NCBI GenBank assembly: GCA_963797555.1
Contig: CAWCPV010000003.1
Location: 640,001-704,000, forward strand
Reading direction: 5' to 3'
Source: an uncultured Gammaproteobacteria bacterium
GTDB taxonomy: Bacteria; Pseudomonadota; Gammaproteobacteria; CAWCPV01
Length of the DNA stretch: 64,000 nt
Shown here piece after piece: positions 22,668-33,969 of this stretch (its first letter is position 1; each line of letters begins with the position of its first letter). The notes beneath the pieces were generated by a model. That model searched no databases. It was not told the origin of the DNA and saw only the letters and a list, made by a program, of their open reading frames with translations. The position numbers and the translations under genes were made by a program.

Positions 22668-23036
22668 ATGAGCCGTCGCCTACCCCTTTTAAGCCTAGTC
22701 GTCCTTGTCCCGGTGCTCGTCGCCTCAGCGGTCGGCGTGCGAGCCGTCGCCGCCGAAGCCAAGAAGCCGGTCGCCAAATGGACTTGCGCGGACTTCCTTG
22801 CCGTCGACGAGCAGTTCAGACCAAAGGTCGTGTATTGGGCGACCGCCTACGCGAAAGGCGGCAAGCCCGAGGCCAGCGTCATCGACATCGACGGCACCGA
22901 AAAGGTCACGCCGATGATCATCGAGGACTGCACCAAGGCTCCGCAGGCTTCGTTCTGGCAGCGCCTTAAGGCCGACTGGGCGAAGGTCAAGGCGGCAGCG
23001 AAGGCCGAGACAAAAAAGGTCGAAAAGAAGATGTAG
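22668..23036 (+). CDS. hdeA: HdeA-family acid-activated periplasmic chaperone
   Basis: Signal peptide, then KKPVAKWTCADFLAVDEQF...KPEASVID...VTPMIIEDCTK, closely matching E. coli HdeA including both Cys; GAGGAGG RBS. Confidence 0.9.
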   Translation: MSRRLPLLSLVVLVPVLVASAVGVRAVAAEAKKPVAKWTCADFLAVDEQFRPKVVYWATAYAKGGKPEASVIDIDGTEKVTPMIIEDCTKAPQASFWQRLKADWAKVKAAAKAETKKVEKKM

Positions 23037-23188
23037 GCGTCCGCCTAGCGGGCAGACCATAAGCGCAGACCCCGCCACCGCCACCCGGCGCGGGGGCCGC
23101 TGAAGCCGTTAGTCTCCGTGAGTGGCCGGCAAGAGGATGCCGGCCGCTGACCTTGTTGCCCGTCGCGCACTGGGACGGAGGGGACGCC

Positions 23189-23520
23189 ATGCTCGGGTTC
23201 GATCTGGACATCTGGGACTACCTGACCTTCGTCACGCTGTTCCTGGCGGTGGTTGCGGGCGTGGCGTTTTGGGTCTCGCCCGCCGGGCTGCCCGGGCGGA
23301 TCACGATTGCCCGCAAGCACCCGGAGGCGGAGGCGGTCAAGCTGCTCGGCTGGGCCGGGCTACTGCCGACCACCCATTCCTGGGTCCAGGCCTTCATCTG
23401 GGCCTTCGGCCCAGCGACATCATCGACAGCCGGCGCTTTCCGCGCCAGGAGGCGCGGGCGAGGACATCGCCCAGCCGGGCGATGTCCCGCCGAAGGCGGC
23501 CGCGGAGCAGACCCGAACTC
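23189..23520 (+). pseudogene. DUF3302-family small membrane protein (frameshifted)
   Basis: DIWDYLTF...LPGRITIARKHPEAEAVKLLGWAG...WVQAFIWAF; the tail DIIDSRRFP lies in another frame. Confidence 0.75.
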
Positions 23521-24086
23521 AGGTTCCCGGGCCGACCAGCGTCAGGTCCACGCGCCGGTTCTTCGCCCGGCCCTCTGGCGTGTCGTTCGAAGCTACCGGG
23601 TGGGTGTCGCCGAAACCTTGCGCCGACAGCAGGTTCGGAGTGACTCCCTGGCGCTTTAGGAACTGAACGACCGTATCGGCTCGGTTGGACGACAACTGCA
23701 GGTTCGACTCCACGCCCATGCGCTTCAGCTCGGGCCCGATGGGCACGTTGTCGGTATAGCCGTTCACGACGACCCGCGTGTTTTGCAGCTTCACCAGCGT
23801 CGGGACCAGCTTCATCAACGTCTGCTCTCCTTTCTCTTCAAGCTGCCACCCCCCGAAGGTCCGCCTTCATGGTGACCTTGAGCTGCCCTTCGAGCTTGGT
23901 AATCTCTACCTGATCGGCGGCAATCTCGGCGGAGAGCTGCGCTTGGAGTTGCACATAGTCCTGCTCCAACTGGTCATACTGCTGTACCGGCACACAGGCC
24001 GCAAGCGACAGGACGAACAGCGCCGCGACGCGCGCGGTGAACGGAATCTTGATCACGGTTAGTCTCCTCGGATTTGTTACATACAA
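23519..24086 (-). CDS. OmpA/MotB-family lipoprotein (frameshift at about 23855)
   Basis: Lipobox LAAC, GYTDNVPI, NLQLSSNRA and GRAKNRRV. Confidence 0.85.
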
Positions 24087-24218
24087 GTGCGGGCCACTCC
24101 GCCTCTGGCGTTCACCGCAAACGTCTCGGTGATCAGACCAAACGTCTGGCTGCTCCGGCCGATTCCCACCGCCAGAAGGAGAGGCTGGGAATACGTCCGA
24201 AAAGGCTCGACCCTACGA

Positions 24219-25265
24219 TTAGGCACTTGGATTGCTGACAATCTGATAACTCACGTCGCTGCCGAAATAAAATGGCTGATAGAAAGCACGGCCGAACGTG
24301 AAGTAAGTGACTCCGTTGACCTTGGTCGCGACTGCACCGCTGGGCAAACTGTTGACATACGCCCCGACCGGAGGCTGGACCAACTGATAGCCGCCGGCCG
24401 TCTGCGTGTAAAACGCACCGCCGCAGTCCTGGTAATAAGTGCCATTGTTGTAGATCATGTTGAACGAGGGCGGTAGACTGGTCACCACGGCGCCCTGAGG
24501 CGGAGCCACGACGGTATACTGCGATCCCTGCGGGGCATAGTAGACTCCTCCCGAATAGTAGTAGGTGTTGCCGCCAACATACACGGTACTGTACGCTGCC
24601 GGCAGACTCGCAACCATGGCGCCCAGGGCAAATCCGCCCAGCGCGGCCCCGGCGTAGTAACCGCTCCAGTCGTCGCAGTAATTATTCCAGTGGTCGTCGT
24701 AATTGTTCTGTAGGGTATTGGCTTCGTTGACTCGAGTCTGCTGCAAGCTGTTGGCTTCGTTCTGGCGGTTCTGCTGGTATGTATTCGCCTCACCCTGTCG
24801 CCCTTGTTGGCGCTGGGTCATACTCTGTTGGCGAGTCTGAACATCCGCCTGACGGGTGCTGGCAAGATTACTACCGCTTCCGCCGCTCCATTGGCCCCCA
24901 CCCCAACTATGGCTTCCGGAGTTCCAGTCGTGGGCTGCGCCGAAATCCCCGTCCGAGTGGCTTACGCTGCCCAAGGCACCGCCGCCGAAGGCACCGCCAC
25001 CCAGTCCGCCACCGCCGAAGCGGCCGCCGAAACCGCCGCCCCCGCCAAATCCGTGGAAGCCTCCGAATCCGCCGCCTCCGAGGCCCCCGCCATGGAAACC
25101 GCCAAACCTTCCACCTCCGAACCCTCCGCCATGGAAACCCCCGAAGCCGCCCCCAAATCTCGCCAGGGTCCCGCTCGGGTCGATACCGAAGACCGCCACC
25201 AGAGCCGTCGCCAGCAGAAGGAGGCGCCGCGAATTCCGATGCTGTGTTACGCTCGTTGCCATCAC
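24219..25265 (-). CDS. Secreted Gly-rich protein with C-terminal Tyr-rich beta repeats (DUF6515-like)
   Basis: SRRLLL leader, GGF repeats, Q-rich helix and three YYYSGGVYY...VVAPP-type repeats. Confidence 0.75.
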   Translation of the reverse strand: MMATSVTQHRNSRRLLLLATALVAVFGIDPSGTLARFGGGFGGFHGGGFGGGRFGGFHGGGLGGGGFGGFHGFGGGGGFGGRFGGGGLGGGAFGGGALGSVSHSDGDFGAAHDWNSGSHSWGGGQWSGGSGSNLASTRQADVQTRQQSMTQRQQGRQGEANTYQQNRQNEANSLQQTRVNEANTLQNNYDDHWNNYCDDWSGYYAGAALGGFALGAMVASLPAAYSTVYVGGNTYYYSGGVYYAPQGSQYTVVAPPQGAVVTSLPPSFNMIYNNGTYYQDCGGAFYTQTAGGYQLVQPPVGAYVNSLPSGAVATKVNGVTYFTFGRAFYQPFYFGSDVSYQIVSNPSA

Positions 25266-25288
25266 CGATCTCTCATGTCCGTTACACT

Positions 25289-25930
25289 TTACCCATTTTT
25301 TGTGGCGACTTTGACGAATTGAATCTTGTCGGCCCCCGCGGGTACTTTAGCGGTGAACAGGGAATCGGGAAAGCGCGCTCGAAGGTCCCAATCGGTCAAG
25401 ACGGCAGTGAACTGGGGAGAACCCGGCATGGTTTTGTAAGTGATGAGCAGCTTGCGCGGCAGCAGTTGTTTGCCGTCCTCAATCCAGATCTGCCAGTCGA
25501 TGTACTTTTCGACGAACGCCAGATGCTGACAGCATACGCCGTCAACGACACTCGGACCAACACTAATGCCAAACTGCACCTTCCCCATGAGCGCCTTGTC
25601 AGGATCGCTGTATAGCAGATCGGACAATGGAGGAGCAAAGCCGAGATCCTTCATCACATAGTCCATGGCTTGATCCAGCTTAGCTGGAACCTTTTCTGAG
25701 GCATACATATTCTTGTCGGGGTCGTAAAGGGTGATGGTTTCGCCGTTGTACCAGAATTGTTTGGAGCCAAGGTCCCCGCTGTATTCAATATAGGCATCAT
25801 TGGGTCGGCGCACCGCCACGTCTTCCGTGGCCGCAAACTGGATCTTCTGCCCCGACGGCAGCACGTCGTCAAAAGTTATCTGAGCCTGAAAGCTGAATTG
25901 CTCGACGCTGTTCAGATACTTGCTCATTCC
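25289..25930 (-). pseudogene. DUF2092-family periplasmic protein, N-terminus lost
   Basis: MSKYL...GQKIQF...VRRPN...CQHLAF...IDWQIWI...PRKLLITYK...PQF; fused to transposase sequence. Confidence 0.8.
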
Positions 25931-27166
25931 TTGGGGTGGGCCAGGCGGACGAACAGGCTCCACCAGTTGTAGATGAGCGCCACGGCGCGGGCCGAGAGCT
26001 GGCAGCGGTGCAGGTCGTGGGTGGTGAAGGCGCCCCAACCCCACTGGTTCTTCAGCTCCTCGAAGGCATTCTCGGCGTCGGCCCGGTCCCGGTAGAGTTG
26101 GCCGAGGCTTCGAATCTCGTAGTCGGTATTGGTCACCAGCACGGCATACTCGTAGCCGAGTGATGTTCTTACCCGCCTTTCGGTCCGCCTCGATGAAACC
26201 CAGCAGTTGCTGGCCGTTATGGTCCTGCGCAATCAGCACTTCGCCCTGGAGCGGGCGGCGCAACACCACGACGCGCCGCGGCGCCTGCCAGCCACACAGA
26301 CGCAGGCTGCCGTCCTTGCCTTCCCAGCCCTGACCGGCATCGGACCAGCCGCTGCCCCAGAAGATGCGCTCGATGTGACGTTTGACGTTCTTCGAGAGCT
26401 TGAGCTTGAACAGGTAGGGTGGTTGCCGCTCCTCCAGCGGAGCCATGAGGGTGTCGGAGCCGAAACCGCAATCGCCGCGCACCAGCTTCGGTCGTCTGGG
26501 GGGCGAGAGGGCGTCGAGTATCTTCAGCAGCCCCGGCAGGCTGTGGCTGCCCGAGTGCGCATCGCCCGCCTTGACCTCGGCGCCGACGACCAGCCGCAGC
26601 CCCGCCATGTCGATGTCGAGAATCCACGGCGCATCGAGCAACAGCGCCACACTTTCCTCCAGGTGCCGGTCCAGCCAGGCGACGCCTGCGGCTTCGGGGG
26701 TTCGCGGCGAGCGCCCGGCACAGGGCATCCTCGCTGATCACCTTGTTCATGCCGAGCAGCCCCGGATTGACGCCATCGCAGCGGATCGCCGTGACATGCG
26801 CATAGCGCCTGTGACCGGACAGAATCGACAGCATCCAGGTGCCAAGCACCTCGGCCTTGCTCGGCGCATTGGGACTCACGTAACGCAACGGGTAGCCCTC
26901 TTGCCAGCGCGACCACAGTCCAGTGAGCGTGAGAAATTCGATGAAGTACGCAAGCTGGCCCATCGGCGTGGCCGCGCTCTCGCTCTCCCAGCGCACTTGC
27001 ACCCGGCCACCGACCGTCTGCACCCCGGCACACGATGCAATCCTTTCTTGCGCCCCCACCGGCTCCAGTCTCGACTCACCCATCGGGTGACCCCCTTCAA
27101 TGCCTCGAAACCCACAGCCTGCCTGATTCCCAGGCAGCTTGCACGGGGTCAACTGAGCTTTCTAGG
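25930..27166 (-). mobile_element. IS1380-family remnant (frameshifted, internally deleted, right end missing)
   Basis: Left IR CCTAGAAAGCTCAGTTGA at 27166; ATPMGQLAYF, VRGDCGFG and RADAENAFEELKNQWGW. Confidence 0.88.
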
Positions 27167-27449
27167 TTGAATCGGCCCACTCGGCTCTGGAACTGCCTCC
27201 TTTGGCGCGCCGGGTCCAGGAAATAGCGGTGTACACGGTCACGGTGGCCCGCCCCGTCTCAATCGAGTAATCTACAAGCCGCAACGGTTCCGGAGCGGGG
27301 CCGAGCGGCCCCGGACCCTCGGGTTCACCCGCGCGCCGTGTCAACCGCCCGGCTGGGCTGCGTCCACGGGGCAGTCAAGGTTAGCAAGAGATGAGGCCAG
27401 GACAGGGATAGCGAGCACCGCCAACACTCGCTGGCCCGCGCTGTAACTC

Positions 27450-28751
27450 ATGATGACTCCAGAAAACGAAGCGCCTTCTTCGCGCGGGCTCCTACCGCTG
27501 GCGCTCCTCGCTTGGCTGGTGGGATCGTTCTCGGGATTGGTGACCGCATTCTTCCGGCTCGCGCTCCAGCACGCTGACCGGGGTCGGGAAGGCCTCATCG
27601 CGTGGGCGCACGGCTGGCCTGTTGCAGGATTTGTCCTGGTAGTGGGGGCGGTGGCCGGAGCGACTGCGGGTGCATGCTGGCTCGTGCGGCGTTTCTCCCC
27701 TTACGCTGGCGGGAGCGGCATTCCTCACGTGGAGGCAGTTCTGGACGGGGAGCTGCCGCCCGCGCCATTCAGTCTGCTGCCGGTCAAGTTCCTCGGCGGG
27801 TGGCTCGCGATCGGCGGCGGGCTGGCGCTGGGCCGGGAAGGACCCAGCGTGCAGATGGGAGCGAACATGGGCGCGGTTCTGGGACAGGTGTTTCGTTTGA
27901 ACGGGCGGGATTGCATGGCGCTGCTGGCCGCCGGTGCCGGCGCGGGTCTCGCCACGGCGTTCAACGCGCCCATAGCGGGGGCAGTGTTCGTGCTGGAAGA
28001 GCTGGTGCGGCGCTTTGACACACGCATCGCCATCGCCGCGCTCGGCGCTTCCGCCGGCGCCATCGCCGTGGCACGGTTGGTGTTAAGCCAGGCGCCGGAC
28101 TTCGCTGTGGAGGCGATGCCTTATACGGGCAGCGGGAGCGGATTCCTGTTCTTCGCCCTCGGTCTGCTGGCCGGCCTGGCCGGTGTGGCCTACAATCGCA
28201 CTCTGCTCGCGGCGCTCTCCATTTCCGATCGCTTCGGGCGCTGGCCGGCAGAGCTGCGAGCGGCGGTGATCGGGGCCGCGGTCGGAGCACTCGCTTGGTT
28301 CGCCCCGGGGCTGGTCGGTGGCGGCGACGCCATTACTCAAAGAGCCCTTGGCGGAAGCGAGGTCATCGGCGCCCTGCCGTTCGTATTCGCGCTCCGCTTT
28401 GGGCTCGGCGCGGTGTCCTACGCGGCAGGCACACCGGGCGGGCTGTTTGCGCCGATGCTGGTGCTGGGGGCCGAGCTGGGGCTGCTCTTTGCGGCGCTCT
28501 GCCACCTCGGGTTGCCGGACCTGGGCGCGCCAGCGGCGGCGTTTGCGGTCGTGGGCATGGCGGCGTTCTTCACCGCCGTGGTCCGGGCCCCAATCACCGG
28601 CATCGTTCTCGCCGTCGAGCTGACGGGCGGTTTCACCCAGCTCCTGGCGATGCTCTGGGCTTGCTTTGCCGCGATGGCAATTCCTACTCTGCTTGCCAAC
28701 AGGCCGATCTATGATTCGCTCAAGGAGCGGACGCTCCGGTCCCGAAGGTAA
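27450..28751 (+). CDS. clcA: ClC H+/Cl- exchange transporter
   Basis: GSGIP, GREGP (gating Glu), AFNAP...LEE (proton Glu), GGLFAP and C-terminal PIY. Confidence 0.92.
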   Translation: MMTPENEAPSSRGLLPLALLAWLVGSFSGLVTAFFRLALQHADRGREGLIAWAHGWPVAGFVLVVGAVAGATAGACWLVRRFSPYAGGSGIPHVEAVLDGELPPAPFSLLPVKFLGGWLAIGGGLALGREGPSVQMGANMGAVLGQVFRLNGRDCMALLAAGAGAGLATAFNAPIAGAVFVLEELVRRFDTRIAIAALGASAGAIAVARLVLSQAPDFAVEAMPYTGSGSGFLFFALGLLAGLAGVAYNRTLLAALSISDRFGRWPAELRAAVIGAAVGALAWFAPGLVGGGDAITQRALGGSEVIGALPFVFALRFGLGAVSYAAGTPGGLFAPMLVLGAELGLLFAALCHLGLPDLGAPAAAFAVVGMAAFFTAVVRAPITGIVLAVELTGGFTQLLAMLWACFAAMAIPTLLANRPIYDSLKERTLRSRR

Positions 28752-28764
28752 TAGATGAGGTGCG

Positions 28765-28930
28765 GTGGTGCCCCTGGTGCGGGAAATCGACGAGATGCGC
28801 TACCAGTGGGACGAGCCCTTTGTGGTGGATGACCGCCGCGTCAGGAAGCGCTTCGGGCTGAGCCCGACGGATGCGTACGAAGCCGCGCGAGCAACGGTGG
28901 ACTGGGCAAGGGAGACCTACGAGCTGACCA
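28765..28930 (+). pseudogene. C-terminal fragment of an NAD-dependent epimerase/dehydratase
   Basis: REIDEMRYQWDEPFVVDD...ATVDWAR tail with no N-terminus. Confidence 0.55.
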
Positions 28931-29080
28931 AGGCGGGTGTCCGTGGCCCCGGGGAAAACGCAAGCGCCTTGACCGGTACGCGCCTAGGGCCTATCTTCGC
29001 TACCGGCTCTGTTCACCCGCGATGCGCGGCGCGCTACCGCGAGTATTTCCCCAGGCTGAAACTCATGGCGCCGCATTGAT

Positions 29081-32000
29081 ATGCCCTTCCAACGCTATCT
29101 CAACGCCATTGGCGACGCCCTCAGGCGCGGAGACGCCACCGAACACACGCACCGCCCGGCGCTGAAGGCACTGGTGGAGTCGCTCGAATCAGGCATCGTC
29201 GCGACCAACGAACCGAAGCGCATCGCGTGCGGTGCCCCCGACTTCATCATCTCGAAGGGCGAGGTGCCGGTCGGCTACATTGAGGCGAAAGATGTCGGCC
29301 TCGCCCTGACAACCATCGAGGAGGACGAACAGCTCAAGCGTTACCGGGCGAGCCTGCGTAACCTGATCCTCACCGACTACCTCGAATTCCGTTGGTACCG
29401 CGATGGCAAGCTCCTGCAATCCGCACGCGTGGGCAAGTGGCAAAAGAACGGGGTGCTCAAGAAGGATGCCGCAGGCATCGCCGTCGCGGGCAAGCTGTTC
29501 GCGGGCTTCTTGCAGGCCGAGGTCGAGGCGATTGGCTCGCCGCGTGATCTGGCCGAAAAGATGGCTCGGCTGGCCCGCATGATCCATGACCTGATCGCGA
29601 CGGCGTTTACGGCGGAAGGGCTCGGTGGCGAACTTCACGCGCAATACGAAGGCTTCAAGCAAGTGTTGATCGCCGAACTCACACCCCCGCAATTCGCCGA
29701 CATGTATGCGCAGACCATCTGCTATGGCCTGTTCGCCGCGCGCTGCAATCATGCGGGCGGGCCGTTCACGCGCCAGTCCGCCGGTTACGAACTGCCACGC
29801 ACCAACCCCTTTCTGCGCGACGTGTTCTCGCGCATTGCCGGCGTCGGGTTGGACGATCGCATTGCCTGGGCCGTGGACGATCTCGCGCTGCTCCTCTCGC
29901 GCGCTGACATGGGTTCCATCCTGGCGGACTTCGGCAAGCGCACGCGGCAGGAAGACGCGGTGGTGCATTTCTATGAAACCTTCCTCGCCGCGTATGACCC
30001 CGAGCTGCGCGAAACGCGCGGCGTCTACTACACGCCCGAGCCGGTGGTGAGTTACATCGTCCGTTCCGTGGACGCGATCCTCAAGCGCGATTTCGAATTG
30101 AACGACGGGCTGGCCGACGCGAGCAAGGTGAAAATCCAGGTCGGCACCGGCAAGCAGGACAAACGCTACGCGAGTGGTGAGCGACAGGAGGAGCGTGAGG
30201 TGCACCGCGTGCAGATTCTCGACCCCGCCGCGGGCACCGGCACCTTCCTGTACGCCGTGATCGAGCAGATACGCGAGCGCTTCATGGGCAATGCCGGCAT
30301 GTGGCCCGGCTATGTGGCCGCGCATTTGTTGCCGCGGCTTTACGGCTTCGAGCTGCTGATCGCGCCTTACGCGGTCGCCCACATGAAGCTCGGCCTACAG
30401 CTCAGGGAATCGGGCTACGACTTCGCGAGTGACGAGCGCCTGCGCGTCTATCTCACCAACACGCTGGAAGAGGCGCACGAGCTCGCCGGGCTGCCGCTGT
30501 TCGCCGCCGCTATCGCACATGAGGCGGCGAGCGCAAGCGAGGTGAAGAAGGATGCGCCGATCATGGTGGTGCTCGGCAACCCGCCGTATTCCGGGCACTC
30601 CGCCAATACGGGGGAGTGGATCAACGGCTTGCTGCACGGCTTCGATGCCTTGACCGGCGCGGCCATCGGTAGCTATTTCCTCTGCGACGGCAAGGCGCTT
30701 GGCGAGCGCAACCCCAAATGGCTGAACGACGATTACGTGAAGTTTCTGCGCTTCGCGCAGTGGCGTATCGAGAAGACCGGCTACGGCATTCTGGCTTTCA
30801 TTACCAACCACGGGTATCTCGATAATCCGACGTTTCGCGGCATGCGCCAAAGCCTCATCGAGAGCTTCGACGACATCTATCTGCTCGACCTCCACGGAAA
30901 CAGCAAGAAGAAAGAGAAGGCGCCCGACGGCGGGCCGGACAAGAACGTTTTCGACATCCAGCAAGGGGTGGCGATTGGGATCTTCGTGCGGCGCGGCGGT
31001 GCGCGCAGCCGCAACGTCCATCATGCCGATCTATGGGGTAGCCGCGAGAGCAAGTATTCGTGGTTGTGGGAACATGACGTCGCAGACACACCGTGGGCCG
31101 CACTTGCGCCGGACAGCCCCGCATACATGCTGGTGCCTCAGGAGACCGCCCTGCTTGTCGAGTACATGCGAGGCTGGAAAATCACTGAGGCGATGCCGGT
31201 CAATGTGCTCGGATTTCAGACGCACCGCGACAAGTTCGCGATCGACTTCGAACGCGACCGGCTCGAAGCCCGGCTCAACGAAATGCGCGACACCGTATTG
31301 CCGGATTCCGAATACGCGGGGCGCTACGGCCTACAAGATAACCCGGGTTGGCAGCTTCGACCGGCGCGAGAGGCGCTGCGTAAGGATGAGCAGTGGCGCG
31401 ACAAGCTGATCTCTTGCGCCTATCGCCCATTCGACCACCGCTGGTGCTACTTCAGCGAAGTCGCCATGGACCGCCCACGGCGCGAATTGAAGGACCACGT
31501 GGCAGGTCGCGACACGCTATCCTGGATCCATGACTTGAATCTCCGAGCGCCCGGGGCGCGAGAGAATGGGAGCTATTCTCAGTTGAGTTGGTTAGTTTTT
31601 AGCCAACCGGTGACGCCGGCTATGTACAGCGGGCGTAGACCCTCGTCGGCGCAGGAGTGACGGCGGGGCTTTGAGGCTTGGACGCTGAATTTCGGGCGTA
31701 GGTTTACACCGGGGTCTGGTGAGGCCCGGGTCGAGTTTCTATGGAGGTCGTCCTAGCTACCCGAAGGCGAGCTGGTAATACAGCTGCTCGAAGGCGCGAA
31801 AGCCGGGACAGAGCCGGCTGAAGCGCAGCTTCAGTCTGCGGGCGGTGGCGACCAACCGGGCGGCGAGGTACATCAGTTCCTGGAGGACGGTCTTGATCCG
31901 CCGGCGCTTGGCCGGATGGCGCAGGGGAGCCGACTCGCCGGTCAGCCCGATGAGCCCAATGAGGCGCAGGATGTTGTAGGCGAACACGGCAAAGGCGAGC

Positions 32001-33757
32001 ACCAGGTCATTGGTGTCGAATTTCCCGGAGGGCAGCCGTTCGATATCGAGGTCGGTCTTGAACTCGCTGTGGCGCTCGGCGCGCTCCAGCCAATGGGCAG
32101 GGTCCTCGCCCCGAGGGTTCCACTGGATAATGAAGTCCACCTCCTCTTCGAGGTAGCGCAGCCGGTTCTCCAAGGCGTCGTGGGCGCTGTCCTGGCGCAC
32201 CAGCAGCGGCAGTTTGGTCAGGCGCCTGGCCCGCGGCAGGATGCGCTCCCAGACCTAGCCGAATTCCTTCTGACTGTGCTGCTTGCCTTCTCGCAGCTCA
32301 CAGCCGACGCACCACCCTTCGGTTCCCACGTAGGTCGCGATCGGCGCATAACCGTCATAGCCGTGGTAGGTGCGCGAGACTCCTTCTTGCTTGGTCCCGG
32401 AGTTGTCCATGGGAAAGACATCGATGTCCACCGGCACATGACCGGTCTTGAGCGCACTGACCGGTGCCTTGGCGTTGACCATGAACTCGATATCGGCCTC
32501 GTCAATGACCTCCCGCAGGACCGCTGCGTGCTCGTCGAGACGCTGCCTCAGCGTTTCTGGCGAGGGTACCCGCTCCAGCCCCAACGCCTGGCGGAAGAAA
32601 TCGTCCTCTCGGACGTTGGAGACCGCTTCGAAGTCACTCTTGCCCAAACACATCAACCCCAGATAGCTCTTGGCTACGTCTTCATGGGAGATGCCGTGGC
32701 GTAGCGGGATCGCCTGCTTCAGCGCCTTGCCCAGGCCGCTGAAGCGGTTGACGCAAAGACCGACCAAGGCCAGACCAGAATGGGAGGTGTAAAATTCCTC
32801 ATCGGACTGCTCCAAGGTGAACCGCTTCATCGTTCACCTGCCGGGTGAGCTGGAGTGCGGCCCGATTTTAGCTGAACTGCAATGATAAATCAGCAGGTTG
32901 CGGCCATCCGCTGAGACGCGAAGTCACGGAATCAGGGCTATGCTTTGGGGTTGGGCGGCAAGGATTGGCGGTGCAAGACGACATATGGTCCCTTCTGACC
33001 TGTTCAGATTCGCCAATTGATGCCAATGTGTTCAGGCGCGGCGGAGTGAATGTCTTTCCACTTTTCCTGTACCCGTCTGCTATAACGGACTTGTTCGAGG
33101 AAAGCCAATTAGCCACCGCGATGACGCGCCGCCGTCCGAACTTTAGCAGAAGGTTTTGTCGCGGCGTTCTCGACGCGCCTCGGACTGACCTTCGTCCCCG
33201 ACGGCCAGGGCGATCTTGCGAAAACCTTCGGCCCCGAAGACGTGTTCCACTACGCCTACGCGGTGTTCTACTCGCCGATGTACCGCACGCGCTATGCCCA
33301 GTTCCTCAAGAGCGATTTTCCGCGTCTGCCACTTACCACCAACCTTAATCTATTCCGTCGTCTGTGCGCACTAGGGCGGCGGCTTGTCGCGCTGCATCTG
33401 ATGTACGAAGATGCGAAGGAGCGCTCGCGCTACCCGGTGCCCGGCAGCAACGAGGTGCGGAAGGTGAGCTTTGCCACCGATGCCGACCGCCTTGGAGATC
33501 AGAACCCACCCGGTTCCCCCGACATGGGCCGGGTGTATATCAACGCCGAGCAATACTTCGAGGGCGTGCCCGCGCGCGTATGGACCTATCACATCGGCGG
33601 CTATCAGATGTGCCACAAGTGGCTGAAGGATCGCAAAAGCCGGCTGCTTTCGTATGACGACATCAAGACCTACCACCGGATCGTCGCCGCGCTCGCCGAG
33701 ACAATCGAGCTGCAGGAAAAAATCGACGACGCAATTCCCGGCTGGCCCCTGGGATAA
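29081..33757 (+). pseudogene. Type IIG/ISP-like restriction-modification enzyme interrupted by IS1380
   Basis: N-terminal PD...EAK nuclease, GVYYTP, LDPAAGTGTF, GNPPY and C-terminal DFPRLP...IGGYQ..KWLKDRK; IS at 31521-32936 and frameshift at about 33150. Confidence 0.9.
31521..32936 (-). mobile_element. IS1380-family IS with internally deleted transposase
   Basis: IRs CCTGGATCCATGACTT and CCTGATTCCGTGACTT; 5-bp DR GCTAT at 31516-31520 and 32937-32941; DIDVFPMDNS and EFKTDLDIERLPSGKF. Confidence 0.93.
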
Positions 33758-33969
33758 ACACCGCTGGCGCCATCGGCGCTCCGCGGAGCCTTCTTGTGAC
33801 CGTGGACGGCTTGGCGTCTCGGCGCAGGCGGCGCTGGCGGGGGAAGAACTTTCGCGGTCGGTTATCGACCACGAAAACCGCGCGCTTCCCATGGAAGCCA
33901 GGGTCTGACAGAATTTTCACATTAGCGACGACCCATGCAGGCCCCTGAGATCCCGGAGGGTAAAATCAA

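Noticed and set aside
24087-24218. GTGCG start and CTCGACCCTAC end suggesting a mini group II intron
   Set aside because: Only about 130 nt with no domain 5; likely chance or a REP half-site
25289-26728. 479-aa ORF as a novel transposase-periplasmic protein fusion
   Set aside because: Artefact of a deletion joining an IS1380 remnant to DUF2092, with an out-of-frame middle
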